DNA from: Malacoraja senta
Lineage: Eukaryota
Length of the DNA stretch: 64,000 bases
Assembly (NCBI GenBank): GCA_038087875.1
Contig: CM075987.1
Location: 20,152,001 to 20,216,000 of the forward strand
Reading direction: 5' to 3'
Shown here: positions 36,204-49,628 of the stretch, in pieces
Layout of the letters: every line of letters starts with the position of its first letter
How positions within the stretch are numbered: position 1 is the first letter of the stretch
The notes under the pieces: generated by a model
The model's database searches: none
The model's input: only the letters and a program-made list of their open reading frames with translations
What the model was told of the DNA's origin: nothing
Position numbers and translations under genes: made by a program

Positions 36204-36245
36204 GCCGAGTGCAGCCCACAAGACACAGTGGAAGCCATCAAATGA
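36204..36245 (+). CDS. Lipocalin exon 6 (AECSPQDTVEAIK*)
   Basis: ttttctctccttcag| acceptor, phase 0, C-terminal Cys, TGA 36243-36245, AATAAA at 36247-36252. Confidence 0.85.
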   Translation, partial: AECSPQDTVEAIK

Positions 36246-39200
36246 AAATAAAAGCACCAACTCCTCCGCAAGGAGGAGCGTTGGAAATCACTGTCCACCA
36301 ACACATTTCCAAAATTAAGTTTCTGTATCAATTCCAAGTTAGCAAAGAGCTAGTCACTGTACACTCATTTAGCACTAGTCCCGAGATTATTTTGTAACAA
36401 GAGTCCCACCAGCAGGTTCTCTCACCGATGGTACAGATTTAAAAGCAGCTTAATCCAACAACAATGCAGGTTCAGTTTGGTTTGTTCAGGTCAGCAAATA
36501 ACGACACTATTCAAACTGTTGGTTTTTAAGCCAAGTTCCCCTCCCTTTTTTCCCTCCTTCTCTTCCCTGTGCCCCATCTGGATGATCTTTTCTCCCTTTC
36601 TCCTTACCCTTCCAGCTGTATCCCTTCCTCTGGCTTCACATTTTGTGCCTCTTCTATCCTTATCTCACACGTTTTATCTTTTCATCTCTGACCGTTGCCT
36701 AATCTGCCAATCAACACCCCCTCCCTCACCTGCATCCATCCGTGTCCCACCCACACCTCTCTTCCAGCTTCTCCCCCCACCCCACTCTAATCAGTCTGGA
36801 GGGTCCCAACCCAAAATGACACCTATCCATGTTCTCCAGAGATGCTGCCTGATCTGCTGAGCTAATCCAGCACTGCATCTTGTTTTTTGTAAACCAACAT
36901 CAGCAGTTCCTTGCCTCAATATCATGACAATGCTCTACCCAACAAGAGTGCAAACTCCACACAGACAGCATTCGAGGTCAGGATCGAACTAGTCTCTGGC
37001 ACTGTAAGATAAATAGCTCTGCCACCTGCACCACTATGGAAATGATTGCTTCGCGAATCTCCTCACCATCTGTGCTATTGATGTAGATTAGACATGTTTG
37101 AGGTCAACTGTAACTCACCCGTGAGAAAAACACAATCAAATCTAGTTATTTGATCTTGACAGGGTTATTAAAGCAATGGATCCCAAGAGAACACAATGCA
37201 CTTGTGTTGCCTTAAATGGCCCCCATTATTGTTTTGATTTAAGGCATTATTCGAAGAGAGCGCAGTGTAATGTCTCTGAATACCAGGTCACAGGAATCCT
37301 TCTATTCAAAGAGTGGGGAATGTTAGTGGAATGGGAGCATTCAATTCTTTAAGAAGTTGTTTTGACAAAAGGACCCGAGAGGAAACAAATACATTTATTT
37401 TAAACAATTTTAATCAGAGTGTATTATTATATTCTGACATAAGGTGTCTGAAAGGGTAGTGGAAATAGATTTAATAATAATGTTCAAAAGGGAATTGGAT
37501 ACATCTTAGAAAAGATAAGCCGTGTTTGGGGAAATTGAAGCAGAGTGGGATAATTAGATAACTCCAGGAGCCGGCAAAGTCGCAACAAATTGGCAGCTCT
37601 CCATTTCAAATGATGAACCAATATATTGTTGAGTTTAAAACTCCTACATGCTATCAGTTTGCTGTCATTGAGAAAAGAACAGAATGATAATAGACAATAG
37701 ATAATAGACAAAGAATGAGGAAAAATGAGAATGTTCAGCTTCATCTGTTCCTCCCATTCCATGGTTCCAGTTGCCTTTTCCTTTTTCCTTGTCTGCTTCC
37801 ACCAATCACCCACCTACCTCAATTTCTCAATTCTACCCCTTCACATTCCACCCCTTCACACTCCACTTCCCCCCCCTCCCCCCCACCCCATGGTCTCTAT
37901 CTGCCCCTCATCTTCTCCTATGTACACCTATCACATGATGGCCCATCTCACCCCTCCTCCTTCCTGCAAACTGGCCATCTTCCCTCTCCACTCAGTCCTG
38001 ATGTAGGGTCTCGGCTCAAAACCTAGGCCATCCCTTCCTCTCACACCCCCTCTCCAGCAGATGATGCTCAACCTGCTAAATCAACACTAGTTTATTAGCG
38101 TGCTTCATTTTGCTTGCAATTTCACTAGAGTGACAGTGGCACTATAACAGTGGGCCATGGGATCTTCGTGCACTTAGTATGCATAACAGCAGAACATGTG
38201 AATGGGAAGAAGAGAATTAGATAAAAAACGACCATCAAGATGCCAATTTCTGAACCACATTGTCCTTCTTTTAGTGAGGTAGATGGATATGTAGGGAATG
38301 GATGGATATGGATCAAGTGCAGGAGAGATTGATTTAACCTGACGTCATGTTCAGCATGGACATCGTGGGCCGAAAGGCCTGTTCCTCTGCTATACTTGTT
38401 CGATGTTCTATGTAGTCAGATAATAATTAATCTTCCTAGAATAAAGGAACCATTTAGAAATACATCCATGTGGAAAAGGAATGACTTATTCTTTCTTGTA
38501 CCCAACTTGTAAGTGTACCACACTGTTGCCATGTGATACGGACAAGTTCACCATCAATATTTCTTTCTTGGGAATAAAACTTTACTTTGCACAGCACTAT
38601 ACTGCCAATTATTTGTGTACTTATTAATTAAATGTATTTCAGTATCAGATGGGATGTTCCAAAAGGTCAATTTTAAGTTGAAATAGTGAATGAATGTAAG
38701 ATAAATGGAAATGACAGTCATAATCATAAGTCATAATGATCATAAGTCATAGCAGTAGAATGAGGCCATTTGGCTACTCCGTCATTCAATCATGGCTGAT
38801 CTATCTTTCCCTCTCAACTCCATTCTCCTGCCTTCCCCCCCATAACCCCTGATGTACTAATCAAGAATCAGTCGTCTCCCACTTTGATTCCTCTGCTCAC
38901 CTGCTCTTTGTTTACTTTAGAATGGAAAAGCTGGAAACAGGCACTTCGGCCCACTGAGCCCACACCGACCATCGATCACCCGTGCATACGATTTCCATGT
39001 TTCTCATCCACTCCCTACACACTAGGGGTAATTTACAGAGGCCAATTAATCTAGAAAATTCGCACATCTTTGAGATGTGGGAAGAAACCCACGTGGTCAC
39101 AGGGAGGACGTGCAAACTCTGCAAGACAGTACCAAGGTCTACCAGCTGCACTACTATGCCACCCTTTTTGGGCATTTCCTCTTTGGCCATGTCCTCACCC

Positions 39201-40429
39201 AGACTCCCTACTACAGCCACGTGTCTTTTCAGGCTGTGCCTTGCCTCACCCCCACCTTCTCCCCCCCCCCCCCCACCCCCCACTTCACTCAGTTTGAAGG
39301 ATCCCAACCCAAAACTTCATTAGTTCATTCCCACAGTGGATGCTACCTGACTTACTGAGTTTCTTCCAGCATCAGCAGTTTCTTGGGTCTCCAATGACAG
39401 TCATCTTGGGGTTTCTGTGATCTTCAGATACTCCAAAGAGTTTTATGTCTAATAATGTGCTTATGTAATGTTGTAAAATGTTGTAACAGGAGAAGTTCGA
39501 ATGATGTGACCCTCTCACTACATCATTGGTATCACTGTCTTTCAATGCCATCATGCACAGTGCAAATTGCAACAATGCAAGAATGGTGCAGCAATTGAAA
39601 AGGACACTGATGTCAGCAATTAGAATTATTCAGCGTTAGAAAGAGTGGACGATGACCAATTAGATAATTTGGCAGGGTTCTCACAGGGAAAACAAAAGCT
39701 GAAAGAAAGATGCAATCGTTATATTTAGGATTGTAAAGGAACTTGACAAATCCAAAGACAGACACAAAATGCTGGAGTAACTCAATGGGACAGACAGCAT
39801 CCCTGAAGAGAAGGAATGGGTGACATTACAGGTCGAGACCCGTCTTCGGACTGAGAGTCAGGAGTGAGGGAAACAATATATGGAAGGGTACAAAGAACAT
39901 ACCAGGTGAGAACAGAACAGTTCAAAGCAGACAATTCCAAGTTTAACAAAGTATCACACTTTGCACAAATTACTGGTTGCACTTTTGAGGCGAACTCTGA
40001 AGTTCTGTTGGAACAAAACTTAATCGAGCAAATTCAATAAATGTCCTTAAAAAAAAATAACAGTGGTAATTAAGGAATTTGAGAAATGATCTGTAACAGC
40101 CAGAGTTTTATAGGAAGGACAAGTAAGCGATTCAAGCCAAGGGAAGTGGTTGAGGGAACATCATGCAGATCACCCTCTTGAATTGGGTTACAAGAACACA
40201 GATGTTCTCCAGATCAAAGCAGGCCAATATTGAATTTGTTATTCTCATGTAAAAAGACTAAGACTAAGCAGTAAACAGTGTTACACAGTAGCTTCAGAGT
40301 AGAAATGAGCCCTTCAGCCCCACAGGGCCATGCTAGCAATATTTCCCATGGTTCCCATCTCCTGTCGTTCCTAATCTAACCCCATCAACAGTTTCTGTCA
40401 TATCTTTCTCATGTTTGTCTAGTTACTCA

Positions 40430-41370
40430 TTAAATGTACGATACATTAGAACTTTATTTATCCCAGGAGGGAAATTGATCTGCCAACAGTTAAAAAACAC
40501 AAGATATATGAAACATGAAATTAAAGTGATGAGTGGAGAGTCCAGGATTGGGGATGTGCAAAGATTGGGGAGGGGGAGGGAAAGGGGAGTCAGTCCACCC
40601 CACGACAGAAGGGGGAGGAGTTGTACAGTTTGATAGCCACAGGGGAAAAAGGATCTCCTATGGCGTTCTGTGCTGCATCTTTGTTGAAACAGTCTGTTGC
40701 TGAAGGTGCTCCTCAGGTTGACCAGTGTGTCATGGAGAGGGTGAGCTGTATTGTTCAAGATGCTCCACAGTTTGAGGAGCATCCTCCCCTCCAAGACCAC
40801 CTCCAATGAATCCAACTCCAGCCCCAAGGAGCCAGCCTTCTTGATGAGCTTGTTAATTCTGTTGGTGTCCACGGCCTTCGCTCTGCTACCCCAGCACACG
40901 ACAGCTGTCACTGGCCACCACCGATTGATAGAACATCTGCATCAGCTCACTGCAGACGTTGAAAGACCTCTCCTCGGAAAGTAAAGACAGCTTTGTCCTT
41001 TCTTGTACAGGGCCTCAGCGTTCCTGGACAAGTCCAGTTTACTGTCCAGGTAAACTCCAAGGTACTTGTACTCCTTGGTAAACTGCACATCCACACCCTT
41101 GATGGAGACAGGGTTGCTCCTCTCCACCACTAACTCCTTAGTCTTCTCCGTGTTGAGCTGCAGATGATTCAGCCCACATCACTCAACAAAGTCGTTGACT
41201 ACACCTCTGTATTCAGCTTCCCTCCCCTCACTGATGCAGCCCACAATCGCAGAGTCCTCCGAAAACTTCTGCAGGTGGCAGGAGTTCGAGTTGTATCTCA
41301 AGTCCGAGGTGTAGATAATAAACAGGAAGGGAGAAAGGACCATCCCGCGTGGGGCCCTTGTGTTGCTCAC
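40430..41370 (-). mobile_element. Rex1/Babar-type LINE 3' fragment (second family)
   Basis: APRGMVLSPFLFIIYTSD..CHLQKFSED, YKYLGVYLDSKL, HPLH..RRSFFP; tail GGGATAAATAAAG. Confidence 0.85.
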
Positions 41371-44099
41371 TACCTAATGTGAGACAAAATTCTGTAGCCT
41401 GTTCTGTAGCCAGTTCTGTGAAACGTATCTGTACCACTTTCTCTGGCAGTAAATTCCCCATGATCATGTGTCTCAAAGTAAAGTTTATTCCTGAATTAGC
41501 TACTGGATTTATTAATAATCATTTTATATCTAAAGTTGTTGACATCAGATCTGCATAGAGTTTGGGTTATGGGTGGGGTGGAGGGAGGTGAGTTTGATAG
41601 GGAGGAGCTCACAACTAGAGATTATCATTCCCGATGGTTACCAGGATACACACAAGTGGCCTCACCAAACCATCTTCACACATCCTTCCCATTTCCAGAG
41701 ACAACCTTTGCCCATTAGATTGCTCTTCTCTCACCTCACCACAAGCTTGCAGCCCTTATGTTTACTGGCAGCTATCTAGGCTTCGATTGTTATTTTTTGG
41801 TGGGGCTAGTTTGATGGACCAGTGGGAATAATAATACTAGACTGTTCCACCCCCATCCTACCCCTCCCCTCTGCCATCCATTTTCTTAGAACAGGCAACT
41901 ATTGCTGAGGAAAGATAAGCTAGTAAGCAAATTTTTCACAGCCCTCTCAGGCAATCTTTGAATTATATAAAACCAGGCACCTCAAGTGTATCCAAGTCCA
42001 TGACTTTTGGTCTTTTGGTGAAAACAGGGGGAATTTTTGTACCCCTGCAGAGACAAATCTTGCAATGCAATGGGACGACAATGAATTGGTTGTAAAAATA
42101 AAAACTGAAGACGTCGTAAATCTGAAGTACAAACGGAAATTGCTGGAAATTTTCTGCAGAACTGTTCTGATGAAGGGTCTTCAATCCAAAACATTTGCAC
42201 TGTTTCTCTTCCCACAGAATCTGCTCAGCATTTCCTGTATTTTATGCTTTTCTTAAAAATATTATTGGTTGTGGTCAACAAGCCATTGGTTTTCATAATA
42301 CAAATTCATGCTTCCAAGAGCACAAAGAGATGCACAACGGTCTGAATAAGGGTCTCCCGTTCCTTCTCTCCAGAGATGCTGCCTGTTCCGCTGAGTTACT
42401 CCAGCATTTTGTGTCTATCTTCAGCACAAAGAATGATATCAGGCACAATTCAACAGACCTACTTCAGGAAAGGGAGGGAGATTGATTCTGTTGCTCTGAT
42501 TTTGACAAAGAGAATGCAACTCATCAACAAATTTCCAGAGAAGCAAGGAAAACACACTGACCTTTACACATCAATCTCCTCTTACACACAATAGTCAACA
42601 TCTTGCTGATAAATATGGTCTAAATATTTAGTCTTTATCCAATCTTGGCTTTAAGACTATGGACAAATGTTGCACTCTCCCAGTTGTTATTCCACACACT
42701 GATTGTTGACACATTGCACAGGCGCCAAAAGAATTTTCTTATCATCTCCACTTTCTATCTTGTCTCGAACCACAGAATCCAAAATAAACAAACTGCTTCA
42801 ACTACACAAGTAAAATAGCATTGTACTAAATGTTAGTGAAATTTACAACATTTTGCACTTACATGCACCGATTCTTGAGTCACTTATTCAATTGCTAATA
42901 TGTATGTGAAGGTAGCAGTTTATCTGAACCTGCAGGCACTGTATTAAAACTTCCTCAGCTCACAATTGACAATCTCAGCCTTACCACAATGCTCCCTCAT
43001 TTCACTATTTCTATATGGATAATTGAGAATACTCAACATACATTTTCAATTCAATATTATAATTAAACATAGATGGATCAGGCAGCTTCTGTGGAGAAAG
43101 CAGCAGAATTATTGTTTCAGATTACTGACCATTTTATGTGCACACTTCATTAATTCAAATTTCAGTGTTATCATTCAAATTATAAAGAGATATTTGTAAT
43201 GCAGAGAAGTTCATAAGGACGAAGAATCACAGAACCAACAAGATCTACAAGCTGTGAATAAACCTTTATATAAACAAAGCAGGATGCTTATCTCCAGCTT
43301 GATTAGAACATATCTGTCAAAGAACAGATACAGAGGTCACTTTACAGTTCTGAAAAGAGACTCATCTGCAACTGAAATGATGAAGGCACTGAATAATATT
43401 CCTGAGAAAAACTTAATGTGCTGAAGGAATTCAGCTAGTCAGGCAGCATCTGTGGAAGGAATAGACAGGCAATGTTTAGGATTGGACCCTTTTTCATATT
43501 CTATAATATTCCTGTCCTTGCTAAGTGTATTGTTCAAGGTGAGCCATGTCGAGTTGAGTTGAGGTTAGTTTATCGTCACGTGTACTGAGGCACAGTGAAA
43601 AGCTTTTGTCTTCATCACATGTCTACACTTCACTTTTAATGACCATAGTCCAATTTGTGTTTCAGAAATGGAATACCATGCAACTTGCAGAACATTTCCC
43701 AACAGGAGATAAATTAGAAGCCTCCCTATCAAAGACTGGAGGAACTCAGCCGGCTAGTAGCATTTGGGGAGGGAATGGGTGGGTGACATTTTCGGTCAGG
43801 AACCTTGTTCATTCTGACATCGCCTGTCCATTCCCACCCCAGATGCTGCCAGACCTGCCGGATTTCTCCAGCCCTTTTTTATCTGATCAATATTCCACCA
43901 TCTATAACTTCTTGTGTCTCCAAATATCCATATCGGCAGATGCTTACATTAGTAATCGTTCCAAAATAAATATATTACCCGACAGGCTGCAAGGGATAGA
44001 TCCATTAGCAATAAAAGGAATGGCATATTGCAGCTTATATGCCGCAATTCACGTCACTTTTTAGTGGTGCTCTTTTATTTTGAGTTATTTGCCACTGTT

Positions 44100-46775
44100 C
44101 AAGCTTCTTGTCTCACAGAGACATGGCTCACCCCCAGCTCCCCAGACTCAGCGGTCCAGCCTGAAGGGTTCTCCATCCACCGTATGGACCGTACACTGGC
44201 ATCTGGGAAAGGGAGAGGAGGGGGCGTCTGCCTCATGGTCAACTCTGCGTGGTGCTCAGACGTGGCAGTCCTGTCCAACTCCTGCTCTCCACACCTCGAA
44301 CATCTGGCGGTGAAGTGCCGTCCCTTCTACCTCCCAAGGGAATTCACCTCCATCATCCTGACCGCGGTCTACATCCCACCCCAGGCAGACGTCCGTCTGG
44401 CACTGGAGGAGCTGCACGCCATGGTCAACAAACACCAGACGTCTTACCCCGAGGCGTTCACCACCATAGCCGGGGACTTCAATAAGGCAAACCTAAAGAA
44501 ATCACTCCCTAACTTCCACCAACATGTCTCCTGCTGCACCAGAGGACGAAACACGCTTGACCACTGCTACACGACCATCAAGAATGCCTATCGTTCTATC
44601 CCTCGCCCTCACTTCGGTAAATCCGACCATACCGCGGTGCTGCTTCTTCCTGCCTACAGGCAGCAATTAAAGAGCGCACCCCCATAGGGGAGGACAGTAC
44701 AGAGCTGGTCGGTGGGGGGGGGGGGGGGGGAGTGGATCAACTCCAGGACTGTTTGGAGTCTGTAGACTGGGCAATGTTCAAGGACTCGGCAACGGACCTG
44801 AACGAATACGCCACAGTCATTACAGACTTCATTAAGAAATGTGTGGAGGACTGCATCCCCACCAAAACCTTCCGAGCGTTTCCCAATCAGAAACCTTGGA
44901 TGCACTTTGAGATCCGCACTCTTCTGAAGTCCAGACACCGGGCATTCATGTCTGATGATACAGTGGCCTACAAGAAGTCCAGATACGACCTTGGTAAGGC
45001 CATCAAAAAGGCCAAAAGGGACTTCTGCTCCAAACTGGAGGAAGAGACAGATGTTTGGCGGCTGTGCAGGGCCTGAATGCATTCAACTCTTACAAGGCGA
45101 AATCAGGAGGCAGCTCGAATGTCGGCAAAACATCACTCCCTGATGAGCTCAATGCGTTTTACGCACGCTTTGACAGGGAGAACACCGATGTGCCTTGCCG
45201 AGCCCCCATTCGCTGTGATGGTATTTCAGTCTCAGTCAGGAAATCCTTCAGAGGGGTGAACCCTCGAAAAGCGCCTGGACCTGATGGTATACCTGGTCGT
45301 GTTCTAAAAACCTGTGCTGGAGTTTTTACGGACATTTTCAATCTCTCACTTCTGAGGTCTGAGGTTCCCACCTGCTTCAAAAGGGCATCAATTATACCGG
45401 TGCCCAAGAAGAGTAAGGCGACATGCCTCAATGACTATCGACCTGTGGCACTAACGCCTGTGGTGATGAAGTGCTTTGAGAGGTTGATCATGACGCAGAT
45501 CAACTCCTACCTCGACAAAAACCTGGACCCACTGCAGTTCGCTTACGGCCACAACAGATCAACGGTGGATGCGATCTCGCTGGCCCTCCACTCCGCTCTG
45601 GACCACTTGGACAACAAAAACTCATATGTCAGGCTGTTATTCATCGATTACAGCTCGGCATTTAACACAATCATCCCCTCCAAGCTGGTTACCAAACTCG
45701 CAGAACTGGGTCTCTGCGCATCCCTCTGCAATTGGATCCTCGACTTCCTCACTCTCAGACCACAGTCTGTTCGTATTGGTGGAAATGTGTCAGACTCGAT
45801 AACAATTAGCATGGGAGCACCTCAAGGCTGCGTGCTCAGCCCTCTGCTGTACTCACTCTATACTCATGACTGCGTAGCCGGACATAGTGCGAACTCCATC
45901 ATCAAGTTCGCTGACGACACCACTGTTGTGGGACGTATCACTGATGGGGATGAGTCGGAGTATAGAAGAGAGATCGAGCAACTGTCCATATGGTGCCAGC
46001 ACAATAACCTGGCCCTCAACACCAGCAAAACCAAGGAACTGATTGTGGACTTTGGAAGGAGTAGGATGGGGACCCACAGTCCCGTTTATATCAACTGGTC
46101 GGTTGAAAGGGTCAAGAGCTTCAAATTCCTGGGCGTGCACATCTCTGAAGATCTTTCCTGGTCCGAGAACACTGATGCCATTATTAAGAAAGCACATCAG
46201 CACCTCTACTTCCTGAGAAGATTACGGAGAGTCGGTTTGTCAAGGAGGACTCTCTCTAACTTCTACAGGTGCACAGTAAAGAGCATGCTGACCGGTTGCA
46301 TCGTGGCTTGGTTCGGCAACTTGAGCGCCCTGGAGAGGAAAAGACTACAAAATGTAGTAAACACTGCCCAGTCCATCATCGGCTCTGACCTCCCTTCCAT
46401 CGAGGGGATCTATCACAGTCGCTGCCTCAAAAAGGCTGGCAGTATCAACAAGGACCCACACCATCCTGGCCACACACTCATCTCCCTACTACCTTCAGGT
46501 AGAAGGTACAGGAGCCTGAAGACTGCAACGACCAGGTTCAGGAACAGCTACTTCCCCACAGCCATCAGGCTATTAAACCTGACTCGGACATAACACTGAA
46601 CTTTATTAGCCAATACTGTTATTTGCACTTTATCAGTATATTGATTCATGTGTGTATATATTTATAGAATGCCTTGTAGTCAATGCCTATCTATGTTCTG
46701 TTGTGCTGAAGCAAAGCAAGAATTTCATTGTCCTATCAGGGACACATGACAATAAACTCACTTGACTTGACTTGT
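44100..46775 (+). mobile_element. Rex1/Babar-type LINE with APE endonuclease and RT, 5'-truncated, inactive
   Basis: CLTETWL, GRGGGV, AVYIPP, GDFN, LDH and SDH (APE); 512-aa ORF with GAPQGCVLSP and KFADD (RT); stop at 44685-44687 and frameshifts; tail GACAATAAA(CTTGA)n. Confidence 0.95.
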
Positions 46776-47239
46776 CATAGACTCGGGTATGGTGAGGAAT
46801 AGACACATGAAAAATCTTGCTTGCAGTTGCATCACAGGCACATAAACTCAGACAAACACACAAAAGCAAATTGTACACAAGGTTACACGTAAATTACAAA
46901 AGATTCTAAGAGGAAGTCTATGCAAAAGAAAAGCAAGATTAGTGCAAAAACATAATTAGAAAATACCAAAGTCTATAGTCGTGCAGGAGTCTTAGTGTTC
47001 CATTAACTTCCTGCCAAATTCGTCTTGCATAATTAAAGATAAAAGCTAAATGTTTCAAATAAGTAATTTAGAAAAGAAACTGAACTTCATACAACCAACA
47101 TAAAATGCATTGGTAGCAAGAGTTTGAAGGGCAAGTCAGGGGAAGAAGGCCACAATACCTGCAGTCCATGATGATAGATAATCTTTCGCTTTAAAGAGAA
47201 AGAAACTAGTTTTATTTCCTGTCATTGAATTAGAATACA

Positions 47240-47935
47240 TATACAATACAATTTATTTATCATTTGGACCCCGTTGAGGTCCAAACGAAATGTCGTTTCT
47301 GCAGCCTACATTACAAACGAAGAAGACCCAAGACACAACACAATTTACACATACATCCATCACAACGCTGTGATAGAAGGCAAAAAAACGTATCTCTCCA
47401 CTGCACTCCCCCCCCCCCCCCCCCGATGTCAGAGTCAAAGTCAAAGCCCCCGGCGGGCGATGGTGATTGTCCCGCGGCCATTAAAGCCACGCCGGGTGAT
47501 GCAAAGGTCGCGCACCGGGTCTTGGTGTTAGAGCCCCGGCGTGCGCTCGCAAAGTCCCGCGGCCACTCCAAGCCGCGCGGGGCGATGATGCAAAGCCCGC
47601 TCCAGGTGCTCTTCAACCCCGCAACTCGGGCGGAGAAGTTGCCGCTGCGGAAGCCCTGAAAGCGGTCTCCCACCAGGGACCCCTGGGCTTCCGGTGTTGC
47701 CGTCCGCCAGACCCGCGGCCGCAGCCTCCGAATCTCCGGGGGTCAGGTCGCAGCAGCGCTCCACCACAGCTCCACCCGCTCCGGACTCGGCCAGCCCCAT
47801 GACGGTGAGTAGTCCGCAGCTCCGCAACTGGAGCCCCAGGTCGTTCCTGCTGGAGGCCGCTCCACGTTGCCCAGCCCCAACGACAACGGAGACCCGACAA
47901 AGAAAAGGTCGGGTCTCCCGTGCAGGGGAAAGATT
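47240..47935 (-). mobile_element. GC-rich non-autonomous retroelement fragment with LINE-like 3' stem-loop tail
   Basis: Minus strand ends CTGCAG..ATTTCG-TTTGGACC..GGTCCAAA-TGATAAATAAA-(TTGTA)n; no coding motifs. Confidence 0.6.
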
Positions 47936-48797
47936 CATTAATTTGTGACTACCCTAACATTTTATGACCTTCACAGAGCAATGCTTTAGTAAAATTATAC
48001 GGCGCGTATTCCACAGCACAATATTCTTGACTTTACAAAACAGACCAAGGGACAAGTTATTGAAAGAAACAGTGGAAATCTGCTCCGTGACTCGCAGCCA
48101 TTTGGGAGAGAGAGGCAGCAGGCACATGGGAACAGCATGAACTCCAAGTAACATACGAACATGAATTAGAACAGTCCAGCCCTTTCGCCAAAAATGTCCG
48201 TGCTGAATGTCCATCCATTCATTCTCTGCATATCCATGTGCCTATCTAAAAGCCTCTTAAATGCCACTATTGTATCTGCCTCCACCACCATCCCTGGCAG
48301 CATGTTCCAGGCACCCACTACACTGTGTGAAAAAATAAAAATGGCCTGCACATCTCCTTTCAACTTTTTCCCTCTGACCGCTAGTCTTTATATTTATAAT
48401 ATATCGCTGTTTCTTCTTGTCAATTTATTAGAGCGATTAATTCCTGGAACTCCATATCCAACTATACCTTAGACCATAAGATCATAAGCAATAGGAATAG
48501 AATTAGGCCATTCGGCCCATCAAGTCCACTCCGCCATTCAATCTTGGCTGATCTATCTCTCCCTCCTAACCCATTCTCCTGCCTTCCCCACATAACCTCT
48601 GACACCCATACTAATCAGAATCTATCCATCTCTGCCTTAAACATATCCACTGACTTTGCCTCGACAGCCTTCTGTGGCAAAGAATTCCACAGATTCACCA
48701 CCTTCTGACTAAAGAAATTACTCCTCATCTCCTTCCAAAAAGAATGTCCTTTAATTCTGAGGCTATGACCTCTAGTCCTAGACTCTCCCACTGGTGG

Positions 48798-48997
48798 NNN
48801 NNNNNNNNNNNNNNNNNNNNNNNNNNNNNNNNNNNNNNNNNNNNNNNNNNNNNNNNNNNNNNNNNNNNNNNNNNNNNNNNNNNNNNNNNNNNNNNNNNNN
48901 NNNNNNNNNNNNNNNNNNNNNNNNNNNNNNNNNNNNNNNNNNNNNNNNNNNNNNNNNNNNNNNNNNNNNNNNNNNNNNNNNNNNNNNNNNNNNNNNN
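48798..48997. other. Assembly gap (200 N)
   Basis: Run of N; the round length suggests a scaffolding placeholder. Confidence 0.99.
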
Positions 48998-49628
48998 CAT
49001 CCCTGGAGAAAACGGCTAGGTAACATTTTGGGTCAGGACCCTTTTTCAGACAAGTTGTAGGTGGAGAGGGGATCTGGAAGCAAGACCAGGACAAGTCAGA
49101 GCTAGCAATAGATTACCTCGGGCAGGGAGGTTCCCTGATAGGCTAATTGTTGGCTAGTGACAATGTGATCTCAAGAGGGATAGATAGTTGCGAACTGTGG
49201 AACTAGTTAACCGACTTTAATGGAGGGCAGGCGGTGTAGAGTGAGGGGGGGATAGTGTTTGTAGAAGTTACGTAAACTGAGAGAATTCAACGTTCACACC
49301 ACTGGATTGAAAACTACCCGTGAAATATGAGAGGCTGTTCCTCCAATTTGCATGTGGCATCACTCAATGGAAGAGGCCCAGGAGAGAATGGTCAGTATGG
49401 GAATGGGAAGGGGAGTTAAAATGATTAGCAACTGAGAGATCCAGTAGGCCTTGGTGGACTGAGCGTAACTGTTCAGCGAAACTGTTGCCGACTCTACACT
49501 GTCTCGCCAATGCACAGGAGTCCACATCTGGAATACCAGATGCAGTAGATTAAGTTAGAGGAGGTGTATGTGATGTGATCCTCTGTCTCACATGGAAGGA
49601 CTATCGGGATCGCTGGATGGAGTTGAGG

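Noticed and set aside
41964..42095. TATATAAAA followed by an ATG
   Set aside because: The frame closes after ~31 codons with no signal peptide or donor site.
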